Source: Naegleria gruberi (Eukaryota). Taken from it: a DNA stretch of 64,000 nt. The stretch's first letter is position 1. Every line of letters starts with the position of its first letter. The stretch lies in NCBI GenBank assembly GCA_000004985.1, contig GG738881.1. One strand, given 5' to 3'. Below the pieces are notes generated by a model, which worked only from the letters and a program-made list of their open reading frames with translations, was not told the origin of the DNA and ran no database searches. A program made the translations under genes and the position numbers. This document shows positions 53,695 to 64,000 of the stretch, piece after piece.

Positions 53695-54864
53695 TTGCAA
53701 ATAATCGACTATCATCTGCCAACCATAAAAAAAATGCCATCATTCAATCAGGCCATAAATTTACCATCAGCAACTCGGACATCACTTCTCACGTTAACAA
53801 AACGAACACTTATTGGAATTGACATCCTAGTACTTGTTGTTCCTTCAATAGTTTTTGCAATTTGGTCCTCAATTTTATTATACGATACTATCAAGATTGA
53901 TAATTCTCTATTGATTAAAAATTCAAAGAATTATTCGGATCCATTTTCAGTTATTATTGATGAAAATAATAATTCATCAAGTATTTTTAATTCTACAGCT
54001 GTTTTTGCTAATCAAGACACTGGCAGTTATGTTCCATTGATTTTTCAATGTTTGACATTTTCGATTTTGTTTGGATTGACTATAGCTGATTGGTTGAATG
54101 TTTTGATTGTGAGTTTTGGAGGTGAAATTTGTGAAAGATTTGCATTGTGGAGATGGAAACAGAAAAAGATAAAGGAAAATCCATCACTAGTATTTTCAGA
54201 AGAGACAAATGAGAGGGCAGAGATGGAGGATGCTGCAACAGATGCCAACATTCCACCAATTAATGAACATTGGATTGATGAGGATGATACCTGTGAAATG
54301 GCTCAAACTACTTGTTTGGCTCATGGTGGTTTCATTATTGTGAAATGGATCATTATGGGAGGTATCATTTTGGGTCTCTTTTCTTGGTTTACCTATGAAT
54401 TATTGACGACCAATAATAGATTGAAAGGTGGCAAGAGTATTCTCTCTGGACATGATAACAATACCATAATTGGAAACCCTGCAGTTGGTTCACTTGATTC
54501 AACCTCTGCCTATTGGATCAATTCTCAATTGGCAACACCACTCAACACCACCACCAACACAACCATGGATGCTTGTGCTACCTTATTTTTCACACCAGTT
54601 GGAACCAAAAGTGGCTCTTCCTTTCTAATGCAACGTTCCAAAATCTCTTCCTTTGGAGATTCTGTTTTCATTTACATGTTGGTGAGATGGTTAATCTTTG
54701 GTTTGTCTCTCCTCATTTCAATTTCTGTTAGTATCCTTGTTGCTTGCTTTGGGTGTTGCACCTGTTTCTCTGAGAAGAATAACAAGAAACGAAAATCAAA
54801 TAGAATTGGAGAAAATGTAATCTATCGACCTCTTTCCACTCTATCCGATGAAGAAGACGATTAA
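53695..54864 (+). CDS. Hypothetical multi-pass membrane protein (about 375-389 aa).
   Basis: ORF with at least four hydrophobic helices (ILVLVVPSIVFAIWSSILLY, LIFQCLTFSILFGLTIADWL, FIIVKWIIMGGIILGLFSWF, LIFGLSLLISISVSILVACF). The probable ATG at 53734 (MPSFNQ) lies after an A-run. No known domain. Confidence 0.45.
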   Translation: MQIIDYHLPTIKKMPSFNQAINLPSATRTSLLTLTKRTLIGIDILVLVVPSIVFAIWSSILLYDTIKIDNSLLIKNSKNYSDPFSVIIDENNNSSSIFNSTAVFANQDTGSYVPLIFQCLTFSILFGLTIADWLNVLIVSFGGEICERFALWRWKQKKIKENPSLVFSEETNERAEMEDAATDANIPPINEHWIDEDDTCEMAQTTCLAHGGFIIVKWIIMGGIILGLFSWFTYELLTTNNRLKGGKSILSGHDNNTIIGNPAVGSLDSTSAYWINSQLATPLNTTTNTTMDACATLFFTPVGTKSGSSFLMQRSKISSFGDSVFIYMLVRWLIFGLSLLISISVSILVACFGCCTCFSEKNNKKRKSNRIGENVIYRPLSTLSDEEDD

Positions 54865-55234
54865 AAAATGTAATAATTTCAATTTCACACTCTTGCAATT
54901 TGTCCAAGATTCTTGCAAGCAGAAATGTGGCCAGTAAATGGTCAATTCGTCACACCACCGGAAAATTTCAAGCTCTTTCTTTACATGCCCAAATAAATCA
55001 CTGAGTGATGTAGTGTGGGTCCATTCATTCACATTATCTGAGAGAGCACCCACAATACAAACAAAATGGAATTATGTTTAAGGAGTTTATCAAAAAAAAT
55101 TGGTCGATTGGTGCTAGCCTTTATCAAAATTAAACAGCCCCACACAAACCAAGTAAGATTGGATAAGCAACAATAAGAGTTTGAGGACGTGCTTTTTTTG
55201 AAGAGGAGTAATAAGTAAAACAGAGAGAGAAAGG

Positions 55235-57266
55235 ATGCCTCTTAAGAATTGTTTGATAGATTTTGCAGCCTATTTATTTTGTCCTAATGGTTGGTCGTCA
55301 TCAGCCAAATCGGAATCAAAGAGAAGAGTTTCAAGATGGAAGAACTTCTTCACCGATAAGGATTCTAGAAGAAATCATATTGCATCAGAATGGAGAAAAT
55401 ACCTGGTGGTTATCCTGTATGTGTTGATCAATATAGGATTATTCATTGAGGCTGCGTGGAGATGGCACGACATAATCGAACCTGTTGCAAACAGTCTAAC
55501 AGCCTTCCCAAAGGAAGATCGACTTAGGATTACTTGGTATGTTACCTTTGCTAGAGGTTTTGGGCAATTGCTGAATTTCAACTCGGCTCTCTTGATTGTT
55601 CCAACAATGAGAACCCTCTCCAATACATTGAGAACATTGAAATTAGGAAACATTATTACACTCGATAAGAATACCGTCTTCCACAGGTATATTGCCTATT
55701 GGATTGTTGTTTGCACTGTTGGGCACGGATTCTTCCACTAGTAAGTTATTCATTTCTTAACATTTACCAAAAATACTGTTTTTCTTAATAGTTTGAATTA
55801 TGCTAGCTATTACTTTGCCTATACTAATACACAAACCAAGGTTGAAAATTCCTTCATGGCCTGTTGGATTCAAAAGTATGGTATTACTGGTAACTTATTG
55901 TGTTTGGTCATGTACTTGATGTATGCCACAAGTCATGCAAATTATAGAAGAACCAAGAATTATACTGTTTTTTGGTATACTCACCACTTGTTTATTGTGT
56001 TCTATGTTCTTTTGCTTGTTCACGGAAAAGTGTTTTGGATTTGGTTTTTGGGACCTTGTGTCTTGTACTTGTTTGAAAGAATTTTGAGAAATGTTAGAGG
56101 TTCTGAGGAAACCATTGTAAAGAAAGTCAATTGTTTACCGAGTAGAGTATTGGAATTAGTATTGGAAAAACCAAGATTTGATTATCGTGCTGGTCAATAT
56201 TGTTTCATTAATTGTCCACTTATCAGTAGATTTGAGTGGCATGCTATGACTAGTAAGTTTTTAAAATAGTTTTCATTTTCTAGAAAAAGAAAATAGTTTC
56301 TTCTGCTCCTGAAGATGAATATTTACATTTCCACATCAAGTGTGCTGGAGATTGGACTAATGCTGTAATGGACTTGTTCAATCCTAAACAACATCAAACC
56401 GTTGTAATTGATAAACCAATGACACCTGACAATAAGGATTATTTGATAAAAATTGATGGTCCTTTCGGTACTGCAGCAGAGTAAGTTGTTAAACGAATCA
56501 ATGGCTTATTTGAAAATGTAATAGTGAGGTATTTGACTATGAAACAGTTGTTTTAATTGCAGCTGGTATTGGTGCTACACCATATGCATCTTTGTTGAAA
56601 CATTTTAATTATACGTTGGATCTTGAAAAGAGAGGAGGAAAGCCATTGAAGATTAAGAAATGTTTCTTCTACTTTATTAATAGAGATCACGGAAGTTGGG
56701 AATGGTTTTCTAACTTGTTGAATGAAATGGAAGACCATCACCCTGAATTTTTCGAGCTCAATACATACATGACTGGTAAATTGAAGGCAGAAGAAATTAA
56801 AAAGCTCTATTTCGGAAGTTCTGAATATCAACAAGCTACTGGTCACAAACAAACTGCTGATGTTCTTTTGAGAGCCATGTATGACTATACACCTGTTAGT
56901 TCTGATGAGTTGGAACTCCATGCCAATGATATCATTTCTTTGAAGGAACAAGACGAATCTGGATGGTGGGAAGGAACCAATCTCACTACCAATGAATCTG
57001 GTTTATTCCCAAGCAATTACGTTATTCACATTGATGCACTCACCAAGTTGAGAGAAAATAAGAATCGTCACTATGGTAGACCAGATTGGGAAAGAGATTT
57101 GGCTTCTGTTAGAAATTATGCAGAAAAGGCTCATACTCGTAAGGGAAGAGCTAAGGTTGGTGTCTTTGTTTGTGGTCCTCCAGCATTGTCAAAGGATGTC
57201 TATTCGTACTCTTTATCTATGAGTAGTCCTACTGTTCAATTCGTTTATCACAAGGAAAACTTTTAA
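55235..57266 (+). CDS. NADPH oxidase (NOX/ferric-reductase family) catalytic subunit with an SH3 domain inserted in the C-terminal dehydrogenase region. Four exons: 55235..55740, 55792..56252, 56297..56480 and 56525..57266.
   Basis: Heme-His helices (HRYIAYWIVVCTVGHGFFH; FWYTHHLFIVFYVLLLVHG). FAD/NADPH motifs (FEWHAMT|ISSAPEDEYLHFHIKCAGDWT; GPFGTAAE|DVFDYETVVLIAAGIGATPYASLL; C-terminal VGVFVCGPPALSKDV...FVYHKENF). Introns of 51, 44 and 44 nt (GTAAGT...AG). The SH3 domain is AMYDYTPVSSDELELHANDIISLKEQDESGWWEGTNLTTNESGLFPSNYV. Confidence 0.8.
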
Positions 57267-57396
57267 TTACAATATTTAATATTCAATCAAGTGTTAAAAA
57301 CACCTTAATAAAGTTCATTTCCAACTTGATATTAAATAATTGAAATAAAAATAGAATTCATGTTCAATTAAAATAATAAAATTATTAATAAAAAAT

Positions 57397-59034
57397 ATGC
57401 CACACATTGCAGTAGAAGGATGTTGTCATGGTGATCTCGACAAGATCTATGCAACACTAGAGCATGCCATTGAACAAAAACAATTAAAGGATCAACAAGA
57501 ATTAGCCTTGAAATCTGTCGAATCGGATGATGATTTTTTAAATGCTCTCGAAGAATACAAAAAACCAAGCATTGATCTCTTACTTGTTTGTGGAGATTTT
57601 GAATGTATTAGACATGCAGATGATTTAAATAGTATGAGTGTACCTGATAAATATAAGGAATGGAAGGATTTTCACAAATATTTCCCTCAAAGTCAACTCC
57701 GAAAGGAAGGAGAAGAAACTAAAGTAGCACCAATGCCAACATTATTCATTGGAGGTTTGTTTTTTTAATTTCAACACATAATTCTAATTTACATTGGATT
57801 AATTTTCATCTAATCTGGTAAAATATGATGATGATGAATTTTAATAATTAATATTTTAGGAAATCATGAAGCTAGTCTCTACTTGATGAGTTTACCATTT
57901 GGTGGATTTGTGACTGATAAAATTTATTTTATGGGAAATTGTGGATTTGTTCAATTCAAGAAGAAGTTTTCAAATGGTAGAATGACCAGTATGAGAATTG
58001 GAGGTTGGAGTGGAATTTATAAGGATAATGATTTTTGGAAGGATAGTGCAAGATTTTTACTTCCAAAACAAGAAAAGGGACTCGCTCAGGAAGAAGATAC
58101 AAACCTAGGAACTACTCTGTTCGATGAACAACATGTACCATTCTCTGAGAATGCAAAGAGAAGTGTTTATCATGTGAGATTTTTCGAATTTTGGAAAATA
58201 ATGAATATGAAACTATGTTTGAAAGCTAAAGAAGAAAGTCAACCTCTTGATATTTTCCTTTCGCATGATTGGCCAACTGGAGTGACTAGACATGGTGATT
58301 TGACAAATATTAGACGTTTTAAGGATCATGTAATGAAGGAAATTGAGGAATCAGATCACAAACTTGGAAATCCTTGGGGAGAGAAATTATTGACCGAATT
58401 AGAGCCAAAGTTTTGGTTTGCTGCCCACATGCATTGTAAATTCTCCTCCGTTGTTACACATACAGAGACAGTTTCTCAATCTAGCACTTTGAAGAAGAAT
58501 ACCAAATTCCTTGCTCTGGATAAGTGTTTACCAAAGAGAGACTTTTTACAAATGGTTGATATGGATCACTATATTGAATACGCCAACCACGATGAACTAT
58601 TGGAAAATGAAAAGGAAGGAGAATACTATTTTGATTTGGATTGGCTTGCCATCACAAAATTGTTCCATGCCTACAGATATGAAATCTCCAAATTATTGAA
58701 ACAACCAAATATTCAAAAGATTCAAAGAAATGCCGATCAACTAGACAAGAATTTCAATTATTCTCAAATTGTAGAACACGTCAACTCTACGCCTCTCCCA
58801 TTCATAAAGAGTAGAATGTATCCTCTCTTCACTTTGGAAGAAATTGAGAAGGAAAAGAATTGGATTCTCGAGAGAAGTAAGACCTATGATGATGGAAAGT
58901 TTGCCAATTTGCGTATCCCAATACCAACAAGCTATTCTTTGGGTGCTTTGAATGGTAATGTAAATGAAAGATTGCCACTTCAAATGAATCCTCAAACTGT
59001 TGAACTATTGGACTTTCTTGGATTGAATGAATAA
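57397..59034 (+). CDS. DBR1: Lariat debranching enzyme (Dbr1, metallophosphoesterase). Two exons: 57397..57754 and 57860..59034.
   Basis: MPHIAVEGCCHGDLDKIY...LLLVCGDFE...TLFIGG|GTTTGT. After a 105-nt intron ending TTTTAG, exon 2 gives NHEAS...GGWSGIY...IFLSHDWP...FWFAAHMHCKF...FLALDKCLP. All Dbr1 signature blocks are present in order. Confidence 0.85.
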
Positions 59035-59260
59035 ATTGTAAAATTACAGTGATTTACGATACGAATGATTATTCCAATGGCACAAACAATAATAATGTAA
59101 TTAATTAGGTTTAAAATATCAATTCCAATCTCCAAAACACGTTCCAGTACTGAACCCCATTATCATTATTCCCAATCAAAACAAGATTGAGATTTATTCG
59201 AATGTTGTGAATAAGTAAATTGTAAGGCATAAGAAACAGTTGCAATATTTTAATATTTAA

Positions 59261-60025
59261 TTACAGTCCAGGTCCGAGTGGAACTCTGTGAATTACTGAA
59301 AAACTAGTTTCCTTATCAGGTCTGTAAATAAGACAAACTTCATTCACTCTGACAGTGACAGGTTTCCATTTAGAATTTAGTTCCTTAACCTTCTTTTCCA
59401 CAAACTTTAAAGCTTGTTGTCCAACAGTCAAGTGAGGCACAAATTCACCCTTCTCATTCTTCTTCTCATCACAATATGGAAATAGTTCTGCAATCAATGC
59501 TTGCACTTGTTGCAATTTCTTTATACTTTCCTCATCCTGATCCAACCACATAACACTCGAATTCTTGGCAAAATAATTCACTCCACTAAATGTAATATCA
59601 AACGGCTCAACACGTGCCAATTTCTCCCTAATTAATTCCTGAGCTTGTTCAAAGTATTGCTCTGGAATGAACGGAAAGAGGAAATTAATGTGTGGAGGCC
59701 ATCTTTCATAAGCTTTATCCATCACTGATCTCATCTCTTGAATAGGTTCCCATATTTCTGTTGGTGCAATAAAACAACAAGCTGTATGGAAAGCCTTTGA
59801 TGAATTATTCTTTACATCTGAAGAGGATGATGAAAATATATTTCCAAATGTTGATTCAATTTCTGTGGTTCCGTACTCCATCAAGAGTGCTTCCTTTTCC
59901 TTCTTACCATTATTCTTCTTCTTTTGATTATTATTTAAATTATTGTTATTATTATTAGCTTGTGATGGTGATGAGGCAACATGTTGAGAGGAGAATGAAA
60001 ATTGTTTAGATGTGGATGACGACAT
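59261..60025 (-). CDS. 2H-phosphoesterase-superfamily (LigT/cyclic-phosphodiesterase-like) protein. The start is probably MSSSTSK at about 60025, although the listed ORF extends to 60298.
   Basis: Second catalytic motif VPHLTVG (H-x-T-x), and an upstream FHTACCF region in the right spacing. The 90 codons upstream of 60025 are AT-rich low-complexity with no ATG context, so the shorter model is preferred. Confidence 0.55.
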   Translation of the reverse strand: MSSSTSKQFSFSSQHVASSPSQANNNNNNLNNNQKKKNNGKKEKEALLMEYGTTEIESTFGNIFSSSSSDVKNNSSKAFHTACCFIAPTEIWEPIQEMRSVMDKAYERWPPHINFLFPFIPEQYFEQAQELIREKLARVEPFDITFSGVNYFAKNSSVMWLDQDEESIKKLQQVQALIAELFPYCDEKKNEKGEFVPHLTVGQQALKFVEKKVKELNSKWKPVTVRVNEVCLIYRPDKETSFSVIHRVPLGPGL

Positions 60026-60316
60026 GATTAATAATGATTCTGCAGCTAGTACTTGTCTAATTAAATTATTCGTTATTGTCTTGTTTTTAAATAATATGAA
60101 ACTCTTTGATCGGAGCAAACGCGAGTTGTAACTTTTTAAAATAAATTTTTTCATGATATCAATTTTGGAAATGCACAGTTTGATAAGCTTGAAAGTTTGA
60201 TTATCAACTTGCACCTTCACATCATTGTATAAGTGGCGTGTAATATTAACACAATACATTACAAAGATTACAATACAGATATTTTGTAAAAGTTTCACTT
60301 GTTGATTGATGAAAGG

Positions 60317-60423
60317 TTGTGCTGAGAAGAGTGTTCTAATGTTTAGAGTGGAATGTTAGGGACTTAAAAGCATAATTCAGTTCCTTGTGTAAGAAGTCGT
60401 GCTGAGAAGGGTTTCTAACATTC
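60317..60423. repeat. Imperfect direct repeat of about 27 bp (GT[TC]GTGCTGAGAAG[AG]GT.TTCTAA..TT) present twice, 80 bp apart, in a long 5'-flanking region.
   Basis: Copies at 60317-60344 and 60397-60423, read directly from the sequence. Confidence 0.4.
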
Positions 60424-61361
60424 GATTGAAAGTTAACGATTATGTGAAATAAATCATCTTTCTAAAAAAGGGAAAAAAGAGTTTTTGTGGTAGGTTTGTA
60501 GCGTGTTTTGGTTGAATCAAGCTCTTAGTGAAAAACAACGGCACTTTCAACAACTTTCCAATAGTCACCAACTTGTCATTGAAATGTTTTCATAATTAAA
60601 AAGAGAAGAACCACTAAACATTTCACCAATTATCATACTAATCAAAACATGCTTTACCAAATATTAATTCTTACAACAAGTTCTCTTTGTTTCTTTAGAG
60701 TGACAGTGTTGAAAACTGTTCGAAACTTGAATAAAAATCCTTCGAAAGAACATCCTGACCAAAAATGACACGTCTCATCACACAACAACACTAAACAAAT
60801 CGGATCGTTGACGCATAGTTCTCAAATAGTGATACTGATTTTGATGAATTTGCTCATTCGTATTTTCTGATACATTGCTTTTACTTTACCAAGAAGAAAA
60901 AAACCAATCGATTATTGTTTCACTATTCACTGCCATCAACACTCCATTCTCCAATCAAACTCATTTGGCATCAAGAAGTGTTGGACGAATCACAGAGAAA
61001 TTAGACGAAAGAAGAAGAAACTCATCTTGTTAAGCCTTTTTTCCAAAGAACAATTCACCACCTCTTCCAATACTGTTGGCAAACACCGGGTTATTGCTTT
61101 TCTGGTGTTGTTTCCAATCGACCTCCACCACACAAGAGCTCTTTTGAAATATTACATCACATCCAACAAAACAACAACAATATAACATTATCATCCTACA
61201 TTGGAAATTGATCCTCATTCTCATCATCATCATCTGCTTAGTCTCATACAACATTTTGTTGCGGCAGCATCACCATTCTGATATAATTTCCTTTATCATT
61301 ACTTTCCCAATACCACTACTGTACCATCATCATTACTAAACAAACAATACATTAATCAAAC

Positions 61362-62700
61362 ATGCCCAATAATCCTTCCCCTACTACTTCTCAGCAACAT
61401 GTTCTTTCCCTTCTCCAGCAACAACAACAGCAACAACAGCAATTTTTACAAATTATCAATTTGGCGGCAAACAACAATCCAAGTCCCAACCAGCTACAAA
61501 TGAATCCACAACAACATGTTTCCCTCCAAAATCTCAATCAATCCCCAACCACTCCAAACAGCAGTAGTACTAGTGGCAGTCAAACACCTCTGAGTACTGG
61601 TAATGGGAGTCCTGCTAATGGCTTGTCTCCTTCCCTAATTTTCAATACTTCTTCTTCGATAAGTAATAATAATAATACAAATGGTGCTGGTGGTGGATCT
61701 GGAAGTGGAAATAGCATGCAAACAACACCTTGGTTTTTGAATCAAAACAATAATATTAATAATAATAATAGTGGAAATAATAATGGAAATAATAATAATC
61801 AGCAAAGATCAAATTCATTGGGAAGTTCGAGTCATGTGAATGAATCATCATCTTTTGGAAATAAGAAATTAATAATGAATAATAATAATAATTTATTATT
61901 GAATCATGGTGGTCAATTGATACATCAAGGAAATTCATCACCTTCTACTCCTCTCAATAACAAGTCAATTCTGCAATCAATGATTACTCCACCAAGCACT
62001 TCATCCTCACCATCTACCAATAATAACACGACTCCACCATCAGCTAATTTCATTCCTCCTGGTTATGTTCCTCTGAATGCTGTTTCGAATCAACAAATTG
62101 TTGGTGCTCAACCACAACAACAACAACGAAACATTTCAATGCAAAATCAGCAAGTGGGAAATCCATTAGTTGAAAAATTGAGACAATTGTTACAATTAAT
62201 GAGGATTAGAGGAAGATCCAAATCATCCAATGTTCAAAACAGTTTCACACCAAATGATAACTAATCAAATTATGCAAATTGTACAACAAATAGGAGGAGA
62301 TGGAAGTGCTTTTGGTGTTGACATGTTTCTGAATTCTCTAAAATCTCAACAACAACAAATTAATGTAAATAATAATAATAATAGAAATAATAGTGTGATG
62401 CAATCTGTTCATCCTCAAACAGTTGGCCACCTTTCACAGCAAGCCCAACAGATGCAACACAATATATACAAACAAACACAACAACAAGCATTGATATCCC
62501 AGCAATTTAGTCCAATGATTTCTACGACCACTTCGATATCTTCATCCTCAGTTGGATCGAATAATACTCAACAAGTGGACACTATGATGTTGGATAATGA
62601 TATGGATTTTGAAATATTCAAATCTACAATATTAGGAAATGACAATACAGTATTTCCATTGAAATTGGATTTTAGTGATCTAGTTGACTTTAAAAAGTAA
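61362..62700 (+). CDS. Gln/Asn/Ser-rich low-complexity protein. The two listed ORFs (61362..62264 and 62230..62700) probably belong to one gene with a +1 frame change near 62230-62264.
   Basis: Both ORFs are strongly Q/N-rich with similar composition and abut with a 35-nt overlap. No GT-AG intron of plausible size resolves the shift, so it may be an indel, a sequencing error or a pseudogene. The second part has a non-repetitive block HQMITNQIMQIVQQIGGDGSAFGVDMFLNSL and a C-terminal ...MLDNDMDFEIFKSTILGNDNTVFPLKLDFSDLVDF. Confidence 0.45.
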
Positions 62701-62837
62701 AATGTACCATATTAATTGTTCAACTTTTTTGATGGGATTCATTACCTTACACATTAATAATTGATTTGTTTCCATTCCTCATCTAAATTCAGTAGAAAGT
62801 TCATAAAACTTTGAACTTTTTTACAAATCAAAAAAAA

Positions 62838-63995
62838 ATGAAAAACGACAAATCCAAGGAAAATGTTGATAAAAGTTCTTCGGAGGAAATGGTAATACAA
62901 AATTCTAAAGATATGACTACATTGATCGATTCTTGTCGGAAAATTCAAGAACAAAAGCAATATCATTCCATTACACAAATTGAATTTATTAATCTTGCTA
63001 CTAACAAATTAATACATCCATTCAATAATTACAATTTAAAAGGATTTAATATGAGACAAATTAATTTAGCAGATTTTCTAGTGAGAGATACAATTATTTC
63101 AGATAGTGATTTTACTGAAAGTAAATTGGAAAATATTCAATTCATTCTTTGTAAATTTAATAATAGTAATTTTAATTATGAGAATTTTGAAAATGTTACA
63201 TTTACAGATTGTATTTATGATGATAATTGTTCATTTTCAGGTGAAAAACAATTAAAAGGAATAGCTCTAAATCAAAATAGTATTAAATTTGAAATTTTGG
63301 ATCAAAAAAATAATTGGATTATTAATTATTTAGATCTCAATAATAATGTTGGATATAAACTTGCTAAATTTATTGGTAAATTGAATAATTTAATAACACT
63401 AAATATCACTTCTTGTAATATTGGAGAAGAAGGTTCAAAGGAAATTGCTAAATTAAGTAATTTAACAGAACTTAAAATTGATAATAACAATATTGGATCT
63501 GAAGGTGTAAAATATATTGCTCAATTGAGTAATTTAACATCACTTAATGTATATAATAATAACATTGGAACAGAAGGTGCAAAAGAAATTGGTAAATTAC
63601 TAAATTTAAAAACTCTTAATATTGATAATAATTATATTGGAGATGAAGGAGCACAAGAAATTTCCAAATTAATCAATTTAACATCATTAAATATGTATAA
63701 AAATAGTATCGGATATGAGGGTGCAAAAGCAATTTCTAAATTGGGTAATTTAAGAGCTCTTACTATATATAATAATTATATTGGAGAAGAAGGTGCAAAA
63801 GAAATTAGTAAATTGACTAACTTAACCTCGCTCAATATCAGTAATAATAATATTGGAGATGAAGGCGCAAAAGAAATTACTAAATTAAGTAATTTAACAG
63901 GACTTAAAATTGATAATAATAATATTGGATATGAAGCTGCTAAAGAAATCAGGCAATTGTTGAAGAATTTAAAATATTTGGGAAACATCAATTAA
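62838..63995 (+). CDS. Leucine-rich-repeat protein of the ribonuclease-inhibitor (RNI)-like class, with about 10 units of about 24 aa.
   Basis: Repeats of LTSLN(I/V)xNNNIG(D/S/T)EGAKEI(S/A)KLxNL. The N-terminal region of about 180 aa has no clear domain. ATG at 62838 lies after an A-run. Confidence 0.75.
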   Translation: MKNDKSKENVDKSSSEEMVIQNSKDMTTLIDSCRKIQEQKQYHSITQIEFINLATNKLIHPFNNYNLKGFNMRQINLADFLVRDTIISDSDFTESKLENIQFILCKFNNSNFNYENFENVTFTDCIYDDNCSFSGEKQLKGIALNQNSIKFEILDQKNNWIINYLDLNNNVGYKLAKFIGKLNNLITLNITSCNIGEEGSKEIAKLSNLTELKIDNNNIGSEGVKYIAQLSNLTSLNVYNNNIGTEGAKEIGKLLNLKTLNIDNNYIGDEGAQEISKLINLTSLNMYKNSIGYEGAKAISKLGNLRALTIYNNYIGEEGAKEISKLTNLTSLNISNNNIGDEGAKEITKLSNLTGLKIDNNNIGYEAAKEIRQLLKNLKYLGNIN

Positions 63996-64000
63996 CTAGG

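Noticed and set aside
1-64000. Search for prokaryotic-type systems (CRISPR repeats, operons, RBS-led gene clusters, defence islands) and for rRNA genes.
   Set aside because: The window is clearly eukaryotic: spliceosomal introns, Pol III tRNAs with T-run terminators, tRNA-Tyr intron. No regularly spaced direct repeats with unique spacers and no rRNA-like conserved blocks were seen.

Overview
This 64 kb window is eukaryotic nuclear DNA, not prokaryotic. It is AT-rich (roughly 30-35 % GC by eye), and many proteins carry Asn/Gln/Ser low-complexity tracts. Genes are tightly packed (about 35 protein-coding genes, mean about 1.7 kb apart). Many genes are interrupted by very short spliceosomal introns of about 37-105 nt with GT-AG ends. 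The donors are GTAAGT or GTATGT, with some GTTTGT/GTGAGT variants and one GCAAGT. Four RNA-polymerase-III tRNA genes are present, each followed by an oligo-T terminator: elongator Met, Ser-GCT, an intron-containing Tyr-GTA, and initiator Met. There is one 115-nt assembly gap (N run) inside a large ORF.

Recognisable gene products:
- Two full-length class III adenylate/guanylate cyclases, plus a decayed cyclase fragment.
- A cation-diffusion-facilitator (ZnT-like) transporter.
- A DCAF8-like WD40 protein.
- Three F-box-like proteins.
- A Fic-domain protein.
- Two DUF4116 repeat proteins.
- A thioredoxin-TPR-DnaJ protein.
- A large NmrA-VPS9-DUF547 protein.
- A PH-domain protein.
- A retinol-dehydrogenase-like SDR.
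- A PP2C phosphatase.
- An acyl-protein thioesterase/lysophospholipase.
- An ENPP-type ecto-phosphodiesterase.
- A protein kinase with a long insert.
- A voltage-gated K+ channel.
- A NOX-type NADPH oxidase with an embedded SH3 domain.
- The lariat debranching enzyme.
- A 2H phosphoesterase.
- An NTF2-like protein.
- A ZZ-finger/GNAT acetyltransferase.
- A SnoaL-like ester cyclase.
- A Gly/Tyr-rich secreted protein.
- An RNI-type LRR protein.

No CRISPR array, rRNA or clear transposon was seen.

The most unusual structure is at 631..1228 on the minus strand. Inside an ankyrin-repeat gene, eleven canonical mini-introns are separated by ten in-frame 3-nt spacers that look like a run of single-codon microexons.

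All ORF coordinates come from the supplied track. Splice-site coordinates were derived by hand and may be off by 1-2 nt. The source organism cannot be determined from the sequence alone.
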